64,000 nt of DNA from Octopus vulgaris. Lineage: Eukaryota. The DNA is taken from assembly GCA_951406725.2 (NCBI GenBank), contig OX597815.1:146878001-146942000 (forward strand), written 5' to 3'. The position numbers and the translations under genes are program-made. Under the pieces are notes generated by a model. It made no database searches, was not told the origin of the DNA, and worked only from the letters and a program-made list of their open reading frames with translations. Numbering within the stretch: the first letter of the stretch is position 1; each line of letters begins with the position of its first letter. This document shows positions 14,541 through 28,352 of this stretch, piece by piece.

Positions 14541-14787
14541 ATTTAGTTATACACTGTGGTCGTCCTCATTTTTGTACTAGAGAACGACGTGCACGTATAC
14601 ACACCTACAATTGACTTGGTTCAAACAAGGTTGATATTAATCTATGGGAAGTAACTCTTCTTTCTGTCCGAGAAAATGTTACAGTTTTCCACCGGTTCGT
14701 TTTGATATTTTTTAACAGCATCTACACAACCAGTGTCTGCATACATACTACCAACGTAAAAAAAGAAAGTTATGCACTCTCTGTCAC

Positions 14788-14851
14788 CATGGTCTGAAGA
14801 GTCATTAATAAAGCTAAGTGCAAATGTCAGCGTGAAACGGACGGTAATATC
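14788..14851 (+). ncRNA. Degenerate hammerhead-like motif downstream of the PLE remnant
   Basis: CTGAAGA (14794-14800)...GAAAC (14834-14838)...GTA (14844-14846); stems decayed. Confidence 0.35.
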
Positions 14852-14996
14852 TTGATAAGTTAATATACTACATATTTCCATAAAGATAGTGTGTGTGTGT
14901 GTGCGCGCATATATATATGTGTGTATGTATGTATGTATGTATGTATATACATATATAAATATACATGTACACAACGACGTCGAACCCACAAGAGTC

Positions 14997-15037
<41 letters not shown>

Positions 15038-15257
15038 GGCAGAGCAAAGGAAAATGCTATTTGTAGTTGAACACTATGAAAATATTCTTTTAAAAATCTT
15101 TTCTTCTAATTTTTCCAAAATTTAATTCTTTTTCATACATGACTGAAACCGGTACTGAAAAGTGTGTTAGAAAATTATATTAGCACTTTCTATCTTGACA
15201 TTTTTTTTCCATATATATCAACTCTTGTGTTCCTTTTCAACCTTCTACATATATATG

Positions 15258-15318
<61 letters not shown>

Positions 15319-15752
15319 ATATATATATATATATGCGTCACCCACATTATCACATATAAGCATATGCGTACCAAGTAAAAAAGTATTCTTTTATATTCCT
15401 AAGCAGCGAGAAATTTGATAGCCTTTTCCTGCTAATCTCTTATCGTTCAACTCTTTTCACATTACATTAGTTACTGACAAGAAAAACAATTATTCTAAAA
15501 TCAACATCACCATATTTATTCAGTGGCAGCAAGGATAAATTAAATTTATACAGCGCAAATTGATCATTTAATTACAGCCCTAATAATGAAGTCATTGTTG
15601 GATTACATAATTAATTACTGATGTGATTAGTGGCCTGGTCAACACTTCATTCATGTTAAACACTAAAATGCTTTAGCAATTAGATTTTAAAAATTCTGTA
15701 ATTTCTATAATTGTTAAATTATGAGGAGAGTGGGCAAGTACTTTATATATAT

Positions 15753-15818
<66 letters not shown>

Positions 15819-16030
15819 AACCAATCGAAATTCACTCTGGCAAAGTTTCCATTTCTCCTATACGGCTCATATATTTATGATAGCTATATTATAACCACCA
15901 TTCAATTCTTTAGTCAAATACTTTGCTCTGTATCCACGTTGTTGGGTTTTCAATTATACAGCGCAGAACATTTCGGCCTTTGTACAATGGCATAGCCTTT
16001 GATGTGACAATACCCTGTGCACGCCTCTGT

Positions 16031-16073
<43 letters not shown>

Positions 16074-16550
16074 TGTGTGTACATGTATATACATATAGAT
16101 ATGTAGCTGTGTATAGACATACATATAAACATATGTGTATGTCTGTCTATGTATGTATCTATATCTGTGTGTGTGTTTGTATGTGTGTGTGTGTGTGTGT
16201 GTGTGTGAGCAAGGAAATAGAGAAAGAGAGAACCAGACATTGCCGTGTTGTTTTAATGGAATTATAGTAATCACAAGAATTTGGACCATGAAGTTTCTAC
16301 GAGTTATATCTGTGTACAGGTAGCTTTGAGTAACAAGTGGACGTTAATAGATAATATTATTGCTTAAACGATGAAAATGCATTTTATGAATAAGTGTCAT
16401 TTATTTGCCTTATCTATGTGGACGCTGCAATTTTGTGTGTAAAGATCTTTTACCATCAGCAATATATAATTGATATTTCGTTTAATTTTATGGATGTTGC
16501 GCATAAATGCAAACTACCGGGCGATAACTATAAGCGAAGATGTTTTAATG

Positions 16551-16870
16551 CAATGGCTCTGAACCGGGGTTCATAAAAGGTTTTTGGAGTTCCACGTAGC
16601 AAAATTGTGAATTAGGGATCCACAATAGCATTTTAAGGATCCCTAAAAATATTTTACTTTGGGTGTATTGATATGTATCGGAAGAAACATCCACGTTTAT
16701 TTCTATAAAATTTTACGAAATTCACCCTATACAAGTTAATGCGTAAATAACGCAACAGGAATTTTGAAGGAAGTTTCCATAAATCTAGTTTTTGAATATC
16801 GAAACGCTATAGGAACCTCCCAGAGTAAAATAGAAATCAGAGGGGTCCACGGATATATTTTTGAACCCGG
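16551..16870. mobile_element. Degraded non-autonomous hAT-like (Charlie-type) element
   Basis: Start CAATGGCTCTGAACCGGGG resembles the CAGTGGTTCTCAACC terminus; repeated GGGGTCC-like subterminal motifs; end TTGAACCCGG. Confidence 0.45.
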
Positions 16871-17149
16871 TTTTTACCCTTTTCGATCTATCTTTTCATC
16901 CTTGCGACAGTTTCATCTCTTTCGTGTCCCATCATCGGTTCGACTTTTATTATCCAAATTACAATTTGACTAAAAATGTAATTATATTTCAATGTTTTAA
17001 TACTTTAAAACGTTATAAAAACATATTATATAAATATGAATAGGCTATGCATCATATATAGTCAATTAAAATGTAACATTATTCAAGATACAGACGACGT
17101 CATCGTTATGGCACAGTGGATTTGAGATACATATAACTGTAACGTCATA

Positions 17150-17520
17150 TATCCGTGACTAGGCTGGAGCACCACCTTGAAGTGCTTAGTCGAATAAAAT
17201 TGCCTCAGGCACTTATTTCGTTAAAGCCTGGTACTTATAATATCGGCATTTTTGCAAACCGCTAAGTTACATGGACGTAAATAATCCAACATCGGTTATC
17301 AAGCGGTGCTGGGGAGAAACGAAAACATAAGAGACATACACACAAACATATATACGTTGGGCTCCTACGCCGCTTCCATCTCCCAAGTTTACTGACAAGG
17401 CATTGGTCAACGCAAGGCTCTGTTTGAAAACAATTGCCCAAAATACTGTGCAATAGAATTTGGACCAAAACCACATAGCTGCAATGCATGCTCTTTAAGA
17501 ATGTTGCCATACTTGCACAT
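17150..17520 (-). mobile_element. Near-full-length degraded SINE (CORE-like family)
   Basis: Combines head motifs seen at 9530, 27795 and 55860 with tail motifs seen at 26555 and 58780. Confidence 0.7.
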
Positions 17521-17599
17521 GCTCATATAATATGTAATTATATATATTTTAAGATTAAAGGCACTTTTAAAGTTCATTCGCAATATAGATACTGATTTC

Positions 17600-17802
17600 A
17601 AATTTTAGCTCATGACTAGTAATTTCAGGTAGGGCATAAGTTAATTACATCGACCGGAAAGTTAAACTGATACTTATTTCATCGACCTCGAAATGATGAA
17701 AGGCGAATTCCACCTCGGTGAAATTTTAACACAGAACCTAAAGCCAGACAAAACGCCGCTACGCATTTTGCGCGGCACGGCGACCACTCTGCCACCTCAC
17801 CA
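17600..17802 (-). mobile_element. tRNA-derived SINE, same family as 12540-12740
   Basis: ACTTATTTCATCGACCTCGAAATGATGAAAGGC...CCTCGG. Confidence 0.7.
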
Positions 17803-19482
17803 CTATATTTGTAATAAATGTATTAAAGGCAATAATCTGAAATGATGAGCTGTAAAGTAGTTAATGAGCTGTAAGATAGAAAGATATATCAATGAAAAAG
17901 TATGATATTTTATAGAAAACCAATATAATTCAAAACAGGTATTTTGTGAGAATTAATATGGTGAAAAGTTTCACTGTTATTTAAATATGAAATGTATTTT
18001 GATATAATGCCAAAAGATGGGTGAAATAACTTCTGTACCGGTATTCAATAGGTTCAGAATGTTGAAATGCTTTACAATATTTATAACTTAATATAGATAG
18101 TCTTCCCGAATGTCAAATTAATCCGTTGTTTTCCATTCTACATTTTCCTGTAAACATCAGTGATTAAATTATCGATATGTCTTTTGTATAGCTGTTTTTA
18201 AATTTCTTATAAAGTTTATTGAGACTAAGTGTATAATTGTTTAGAAGTTATATACCACGCAATATTTAATTAAATTAAAATCACTTTTACAGAAGACAAA
18301 TACATTCCATCGGAAGAATACGTTGATGAGCATACTTTTCTTTAGCAGTCACGTAAACAATTCCAGTACCAAGCATAAATATGGAGATATCTGTAAAACG
18401 AGCTCACCTAATAAAATCTTGTAATAATAATTTTGGAATAATGTTTATTCATTTATTAAAAATAAAAAATTTTCAAAAACCAATAGTGATTTCAGAATAA
18501 ATTAAACTAAATTTTGCGTGGTATGAAAAATTATAACCAATTATACATGCATTTCGACACGACTAAAACTTTATATGTAATCAATAAATAGCTATGCAAT
18601 AAACAGAACTAATTGAATAAACAATACGTAGAAAAAGGTAGAATGAAACATACTTAACAGAATAAACGTAAATATTTAAAATAACTGCAAAATTAGATTT
18701 TACTGACCGATTGGAACATCTCATACTGAAATCCTTGTATATCGTATTTAAATATTATATCAAACTGCCGGCAGATTCAATTTGCATAATTAATCCAATT
18801 AAAACGGGCATAGGTAAAAATTATTTGGAACGTAGATAAGATAATCTTCAATCTGAAACAAGTAACTTCGGAATAACCGCACAGTAATAAGACGGTGTAA
18901 GTTAATCTATAGAAAGAAATAATTCAAATTGCTACAGTCACATATTCATGAAGATCGAAGGAAGAATTTGGGAAATGATTATATTCTCTATTACATTAGC
19001 AGAATTTAATGGGTTTCTGAATACATTTTATGTAAAAAAAGTGTATAATCATTCTGAATCATTCTGTTTTCATAACGTATGAGGAGTGCACGATATAAAA
19101 CCTGTTACTGAATATATATTTACAGAAATGTCTGAAGAAGGGTAAATTATATAGTTTAAAAGAGAAGTAAGATGAAATATTAACTCTAGTTCCAAAATTG
19201 TATTTATAATATAGACTGGAAACCCGACGAGAATTTTATGCTCGTTTGAGATCACACGATTCAGGCAATTTTTTTAGCTATGAACCTACACTCAAATTAA
19301 AAGATTGAGTTCCAGATGATACAAACAGGTATTTATGAAGATGATGGATTCCTACGTTTAAGTTATTTTATTTTTCAAATCATGAATTACAAGAGAAAAC
19401 TTCTGCTTTACTTCTTTGAAAAGAATCATACTATCACAGTAACCATTTTCATACACACACACACACACGCACACACACACGC

Positions 19483-19551
<69 letters not shown>

Positions 19552-20253
19552 CTTTCAGTTTTATCCAGACAAATAACAAAATGAAGCACGTAATTATGAA
19601 GATATTTTAATATCATCACATACGAATTCGGCTAACATCAAAATACTTATCAGATATGCAATGCTAACAGTAGAAGAGGGAATAGAGTCCAGTACAGTAA
19701 AAAGCAACGTTTAAACATGAGTTGCCAATACTGTATTGGACTGTAATTTACTGTCCAATTATAGTCCAATACTGCGACAATATGGCGAAAAGCAACGTTT
19801 AAGCACAAGTAAAAAAAGAAAACTCATTACCGCACTATAACCAGTATGTACATATATTCCATTTATTAATAATTAAAATAAAAGCTTTTTCTCAGTGTAT
19901 ATATGAATTTTAAAAACAAAGAAATATCGTAGAAAGAACAATGACTCATTAGATATTGAATGTATGGAAAATGTTCACGACCGCAAGATATGGAAAATTA
20001 TATCCACAGAAACATAAAATAAACAAGCATTCAGAATGATTATTCTCTTTTTAACATAAAATGTATTTAAAAACATTAAATTTTACTTCCGTAAAAGAAA
20101 AGATAATCCTTTCCAAAATTCTTCCCTCGATCACACCTACATTGTAACCTACCTTATTTCAATCACATTAAAATCTCAAGCTTCTAGAGAGGAGAAAATG
20201 AATATGCAAATACTTTATTTCCCACAAAGAACATCTGTATTATCCTTTATTGT

Positions 20254-20288
<35 letters not shown>

Positions 20289-20577
20289 TTTATTTAACTG
20301 AAATTATACAGTCCATGTTATTATTTATATGAAGCGTAATATTAGCTTATAATTTTAATTAGCATTTTTTCATTCTATAATTCTTCTCAAGCTATGCCTT
20401 GCATGGAAAATATATTAGGTAAATATGTTTTCTATAAATACATTTTCTTGAATACCAATACAACAGGAATACGGTATAGAATGATTTCCCGTACAATTAC
20501 TTAAACCAAATTTAAACTCCAGCAAATAACAGCTCTGTACTTTATTTTGTTATAATAAAAGGAACATGACACAAATA

Positions 20578-21442
20578 CAGTCAACTCTCGCTACTATGCC
20601 ACCTCGCTACTATGCCACTCTCGCTACTATGCCAGTTTTGCGCGGTCCCGGCCAAATAATAAACACAATTTCTTTTACTATGCCACCCTCAACTCTCGCT
20701 ACTATGCCACTTGTAAACTGAAGCGCACGCAACTTTTCGAAATTTTTTACTCCTACATTTTGTACATTTCGTATTTGTAATCTTGTGGAAAAGTTCAGAA
20801 AGTAGCACACAATGTCAGCTCAGAAACGCAAGCGGACTGAGTTTACGCTGAAGGAAAAGAAGGAGATTATCGATGCTGCGAAAAACGTTATTGTCGGGCC
20901 CCTCGTATCATTAGTAATATCTGATACAAGTTACCGCCCCTTGTATTGTCCGACATGTTTCACTCTAGAAGAAATAGCAAAGGAGGTAATGCATAACGAA
21001 GAGCCGGTGGAAAGTGAAGACGACGAGTTAATTGTGGAAGAGGAATACGTTTCGTTTGCAGATGCCCAGAGAGCATAGAGCACTATCCGAAAGTTTGTGC
21101 AGCAGCAGAGCAGCGGAAAACCCAGCGTCATGCAGGCGTGTGATAGGGTAGACAACGAAATGAATGAAATCCGCCGAAAGAAGATGCTTCAGCCGACAAT
21201 TTTTGAGAGCTTCGGTATTAACTAAAAGCAATCTGAACTTAATAAACTTGGATGTCTTCTTCTTACCATTGCATTGAACTTCTTATTGGCCTTACTTCCT
21301 ACCCTATGAATTTTTATTCGTATGTTCAGTAAATTTTTGGTTATGTAGTGTTTAGATAACCGACCCTCGGTACTATGCCACTCTCGGTACTATGCCACTT
21401 TGGCTCAGTCCCGCAGGGTGGCATAGTAACGAGAGTTGACTG
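20578..21442 (+). mobile_element. Internally deleted Tigger/pogo-like DNA transposon (865 bp)
   Basis: TA target duplication (20576-77, 21443-44); 26-bp TIRs CAGTCAACTCTCGCTACTATGCCACC with one mismatch; multiple subterminal CTCG(C/G)TACTATGCCA repeats. Confidence 0.9.
20812..21225 (+). pseudogene. Deleted Tigger/CENP-B-like transposase: N-terminal start joined in frame to the C-terminus, one in-frame TAG
   Basis: MSAQKRKRTEFTLKEKKEII (CENP-B/psq N-terminus), acidic tract, then after TAG 21076-78 STIRKFVQQ...KKMLQPTIFESFGIN* (PIP-box-like); DDE core absent. Confidence 0.8.
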
Positions 21443-21771
21443 TACCAACCTTTCCTCTATCATAACATAAGTCGCAAGACACTACCATTTATGATACAAA
21501 AATATTTACGCTATAACGGTAATTTACAATTCAACTGACAGTCAGAAAATAATTCCGATGGAAACATGGACTCATTCTCTCCCTATCAAGCGTCCTGGTT
21601 TGCAATATATATCTAACACCCAATCAACGCCTGGATAATTGCTCGGAGATACATGGCGTGTTATATAAATCTGGTCATTATAAAAGCATGAATTATCTGT
21701 AACTATTTCGGTATGTGTGTTAAACTGATATATATCAATCACTAATTTTTCGCTGATTTCACATGTATTGG

Positions 21772-21852
<81 letters not shown>

Positions 21853-21910
21853 ACTATCTATCTATCTATCTATCTATCTATATCTATATCTATATATATA
21901 TATATATATA

Positions 21911-22235
21911 TGTTATGTCGCACGTTCGGATGACCTCTACTCAACTCCTCTCTCCTCTACGTATTGGGCTAGCCAACTTCATCGTCTGGGGCGTCGACAC
22001 CACACCACCCCCTTTTGAGTTTTTTAAACCCGAATCTATCAATTTTATTTCCTCGGTGAGAAACTGGCATATCTTTTTCTCTTAGCGTTAATTTCCATCA
22101 TATCTGTTGGTTTTCTCTTCCTGCTTGACCTACGTGTCGGTTCGTCGGACAGTTTCTAGCAAAAACTGCCCGACGAACGGGAACGTGAAACTCAGAGTAA
22201 CAGGTTTTGTTGAATTTTCTGCTGCTTTAAATAAA

Positions 22236-22236
<1 letters not shown>
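21911..22236 (+). mobile_element. Penelope-type pLTR fragment inserted in (TA)n
   Basis: Flanked by TA arrays, carries a hammerhead-like motif, 3' end shared with 7593-7634. Confidence 0.6.
22164..22204 (+). ncRNA. Minimal type I hammerhead ribozyme-like motif (variant core)
   Basis: AACTGC-CCGACGA-ACG[GGAA]CGT-GAAA-CTC[A]GAG-TA-ACAG; U4->C relative to CUGANGA. Confidence 0.6.
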
Positions 22237-22308
<72 letters not shown>

Positions 22309-22365
22309 ATATATATATGTATATGTATATGTATATATATATATGTATGTGTATATGTATATATA

Positions 22366-22401
<36 letters not shown>

Positions 22402-22480
22402 TGTATGTATGTATGTGTATATGTATATATATATATATGTGTGTGTGTGTGTGCATGTATATATATGTATATATATACAC

Positions 22481-24000
<1,520 letters not shown>

Positions 24001-24455
24001 TGTAGTTAGTTAAATTAGACGTCTATGCAAACAGGCATAGACACTCTCTTTCCCGCCTGCTCCCGACCAAAACGTGTAGAATGTGACAAGATTAATATGA
24101 GAGGGATACATACCTCTAAGATGGTATTTACTACAGCTGAGTAGGTTAGAGTGGCCTACAAGGAAGTGTCTTGACCCATGACTTAGTCTAGGAATCAAAC
24201 CCACTTCTTATGCGTTGAGACACACACAAACACACAAACACACACACAAACACACACACACACACATACAGAGGAACACAGCACCCACTCACACATAGGC
24301 ACATATGTATACATTATATAAGCCACTCAATAAACGGAAATCGAAGTAAGTTTTGGATCAATATGGTCGATGACAAACACTCCAACGATTTTTTCGCCAG
24401 CATTCACCACCATCCTATGATTTCTACCAGCTCCGGTTAAGAAACAAAATAACAC

Positions 24456-24504
<49 letters not shown>

Positions 24505-25543
24505 ACTGTAGAAGCCAAAATTTAGAACAAAATTTTTTCGAATCTCTGTATGAAAAACTTTACTTATTTATTAAATCTCATATTTCTCTCAGATTCAAAT
24601 TTGTTTAAATACATGCAAATTATATTATATTTAAGAGAGATCGTATATTGGTATGTTTAGTTGCTGGACAAGTTAAATTATTTCTAATTATCGGGCAGGT
24701 ATTTTCTCTGTATTATGTCTTATGCTTTCAGATTTTAGAGAACTTTTGCAGCTACTTGTTTGTTGAGAATAAAATTTGAATTAAAGTACGTTGAAAGAGC
24801 TTTGTAGTTATTGAGATCAGAATGCTCGGATTTGTTTTCCATATTTGCTGGAAACAGAAATAATACTAGACATAAACTAATATTTATTTTTCTCAGTATC
24901 TATTTCCCCCAGGCGGTAAATACTTTAAGACTAACTTTACTATTATACTGCATTCCAGGATTCAATTAGATATATTTCAACAGACATCGACGTTTATAAT
25001 AAACTTCAGATCAAATATCAATGTTTATTCTATTGGTTTTATGGACCAAGTCAGCATGCCTCTGTTCCTATGGATCTGTGTAAGTGTAAATGTATATTTG
25101 AGTGACTTCTTCAGTCTCATTTTATATTGTTTAAGCCAGTTCTTAGCGATCAGTAGTTTTCCGGCAAAGTATGCCAATTTATGTGCTTCTTTGCTCACTT
25201 TGAGTCATTGTGTAAACGGTTTTTGATATGCGTCATTCAAAGAATATATACAAGCTTCTACATGATTCAATTTCTTAATTAAAATAGTTCAGGGTTAAGC
25301 TGTATTGTAAAGGCATATGAGTGTCTGCAAATTTTGCTTTTTTGTGTGTGTGTAATGTGTATCTCACTTTACATGCATGCTTACTACAATCTAGGACATG
25401 TGCTTGCTTCATTGTTCTTGCAGTTGCTGAATACATAGAAACGCACACCAAAATACAAATGTCATATATTGCATGAGCACACACGCACAAACACACATAC
25501 ACACACACACATATATATATGTATATACGTGTGTGTGTGTGTA

Positions 25544-25576
<33 letters not shown>

Positions 25577-25631
25577 TGGCGTATGAGTAAGGAAAGATAG
25601 ATAAGAGCTAACTAGCTTGATGGATAGATAA

Positions 25632-25666
<35 letters not shown>

Positions 25667-25849
25667 TATAGATAGATAAATAATTAGATAGATAGGTAAA
25701 TAGATTGATAGATAGATAGGTAGATAGATAGATAGCTAGATAAATAGATAGATATATAGATTGATGGATAGATAGATAGATTGATAGATAGATAGATATT
25801 TAGATAGATAGATAGATATCTTGATAGATAGATAGATTGTTAGATAGAT

Positions 25850-25918
<69 letters not shown>

Positions 25919-26386
25919 TTAATAGACACATAGGTAGACAGATAAATAATTAGATAGATAGATATCGGACAATGCAACGTACGGCATTTACAGAATAATC
26001 TGAAATGTCGGTGTAACATATACAAGCAAATTTCGCTTCGCTAAAACAATCAAGCAAATATATTCAGACTGTGCCGTGGCTTATAGCTGTTGTCGTAAAT
26101 GTAAAGTATGTAGAGTTGGTGTATGCGACTAAAAAGGACAGTCTGTTAGCTTCTTTCTCATCTCGTATATAACGGTATCCACATATAAACAATTACATAC
26201 ATACATACATACACACATACATACACACAAGTTAAATTGATTAGAACTACCAGCGATCATTCTTTTCATTTTTCAAATATATCTTACTGTACCAAGGATT
26301 TCATATTTTCCTATATATATATATGGGGGGGGGTTGCGTGTGTGTGCGTGTGTGCATATATATATATATATACTCACACACACTCA

Positions 26387-26435
<49 letters not shown>

Positions 26436-26459
26436 GTATGTAAGAATGTGGGTGTGTGG

Positions 26460-26497
<38 letters not shown>

Positions 26498-26554
26498 TTA
26501 TTATTTTATACCTTTACTTGTTTCTATCATTTGAGAGCAGCCAAATAGAATCAC

Positions 26555-26690
26555 TGCCTTTAGTCGAATAAATCGATCTCAGGACTTATTCTTTGTAAGC
26601 ATAGTACTTATTACATCGGTCTCTCCTGCCAAATCACTATGTTACGGGGACGTAAACACACCAGCATGTGGGGGTACAAACAAACACATA
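26555..26690 (-). mobile_element. SINE 3' fragment
   Basis: TTAGTCGAATAAATCG...GTACTTAT...GTTACGGGGACGTAAACACACC homologous to 17190-17290. Confidence 0.65.
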
Positions 26691-26699
26691 CATAATGTA

Positions 26700-27690
26700 C
26701 TAGATAATTCAGCAAAAAATATACTCCATTTGGTGAGAGATAAATATTACTTATTTAAAGGTCACAATACATGCATTAAAGTGCTACTAATAATTTCATA
26801 TGTTGAGAAAGCTCAAAGATATTCTTTAGGCGCAAACCACATGTAATGAACTAAAGAAATTGAATAATAGAAGAAACGGGAAAAAAAAACTGAGAAGGCT
26901 GCATACGGAAAACTTAGGCAGTAAACAACGAAAAAGGATAAACAGAAACTAAAACGTAAAAAGAAATTAAAGAGGTAAAAGGTCTATTCTTCTTAGACCT
27001 TAAATAATAAGGGCGGAAAGATATCAAGTCAGTCAGGAATAGGCGGAATTACCAATTCTTCAAACTATACTTGTACAAATGCATGCAACCACTGAAACGT
27101 CCTGACCTGGAGTTCAATAGAGAGCTAAGGATCTTAGATCTGAACAGGATCTGCACTCTATCAGCCAAACAAATTCTACATTTTTGCGATCCATTCACTT
27201 AAGGTATGGATTTCTCAATTATTTTCCATTTAATCACATGCTGTGTTTCGTTATATTTCAAAATCCATAAGTAGCTAGCCAACTTAGTAGCTTTACTTTT
27301 GTCGGAAGGGGGCTATGTGATTGTCATAGCTATTTTAAAATTCACCTTTACATAATCCGATATAGGTCTTCTTATCAGTTGTATTATTATTTAGGGTTGC
27401 ATTAACTTCTGCCTTAAACATGATAGATTTAGTCATACATCGTTCGTCAAGTAGGCAGGATCCTGGGTCGTGACAGTTGCAACTGGATTCAGGTTTTTGG
27501 TATTGTCCATGTGTAATGATACTCTTCCTATTGGGGCAGCAGTTATATGATACTTTCACAGAACGCCTATTAAATATTTTCCTGCAATTTGTGAGTGGCT
27601 TGAAAGTGTTTGTCTTGGAGTGACAGGAATCTTTTACCACTCTTAGTTTTTATATTAAGGGAAAAGGGAGCGGCGAACCAAATAATCGTG
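26700..27690 (-). mobile_element. Penelope-like element 3' remnant: GIY-YIG endonuclease plus pLTR
   Basis: KIFNRRSVKVSYNC...CNCHDPGSCLLDERCMTKSIMFKAEV...KTYIGLCKGEF, then TKLASYLW..K....IKWKIIEKS...CRICL; hammerhead-like motif downstream on the same strand. Confidence 0.85.
26781..26833 (-). ncRNA. Degenerate hammerhead-like motif in PLE pLTR
   Basis: Minus strand GCGC-CTAAAGA-ATATCTTTGAG[CTTT]CTCAACATAT-GAAA-TTATTAG-TA-GCAC. Confidence 0.5.
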
Positions 27691-27794
27691 GTTATATTCT
27701 ACTACTTGATCATTGCTACCACTAGGTCTATTATTCATATTTTGATTATTATTAGAGGGATTATATATTAATCTATCTTTGAAGCCATTATTGA

Positions 27795-27893
27795 TTATAG
27801 TAGAAGACACTTGCCCAACGTGCCACGATATGGGACTGAACCCACAACAATCAGCTTGGGAAGCAAGCTTCTTTCCACATAGCTACGCTGTGC

Positions 27894-27895
<2 letters not shown>
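27795..27895 (-). mobile_element. tRNA-derived SINE 5' fragment
   Basis: TATAGTAGAAGACACTTGCCCAA...GGGACTGAACCC (B-box-like on minus). Confidence 0.7.
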
Positions 27896-27961
<66 letters not shown>

Positions 27962-28313
27962 GTATATCGTATGGGTGAAAATGTTGATTCGTAATAATAA
28001 TATGAAACAGCTGCAAACGTATGGAATAAATATCCATTCTCTCACCTCTCTTCTCTTATTTGATTATCTCCAGCATTGTATTTTCTGTCGTTTCAGTAAT
28101 GTGTCCTTATTTTAGCTGGGGAAGACGGTACCTTTGGTATGATGCAGTGCCGTCCAGTTCGAGGGTTAGTATAGCTGTCAATTCTAAAATTTGGAGCTAA
28201 ACCTGCCAAGATATATATGTTTATTTGGGTATTAAGGCTTAATAGAGATGTGAAGAACCTCTATCCACCAATGCAGTGTTGAGCACTCATTCCCATTGTT
28301 CGACGTTTATGTG

Positions 28314-28352
<39 letters not shown>

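Noticed and set aside
20587-20710. Short repeated 15-mer resembling a CRISPR-like array
   Set aside because: Spacers are 1-40 bp and irregular; repeats are subterminal motifs of the Tigger element; eukaryotic context, no cas genes
28116-28164. 49-nt plus-strand exon-like segment
   Set aside because: Too short to distinguish from chance; frame ambiguous
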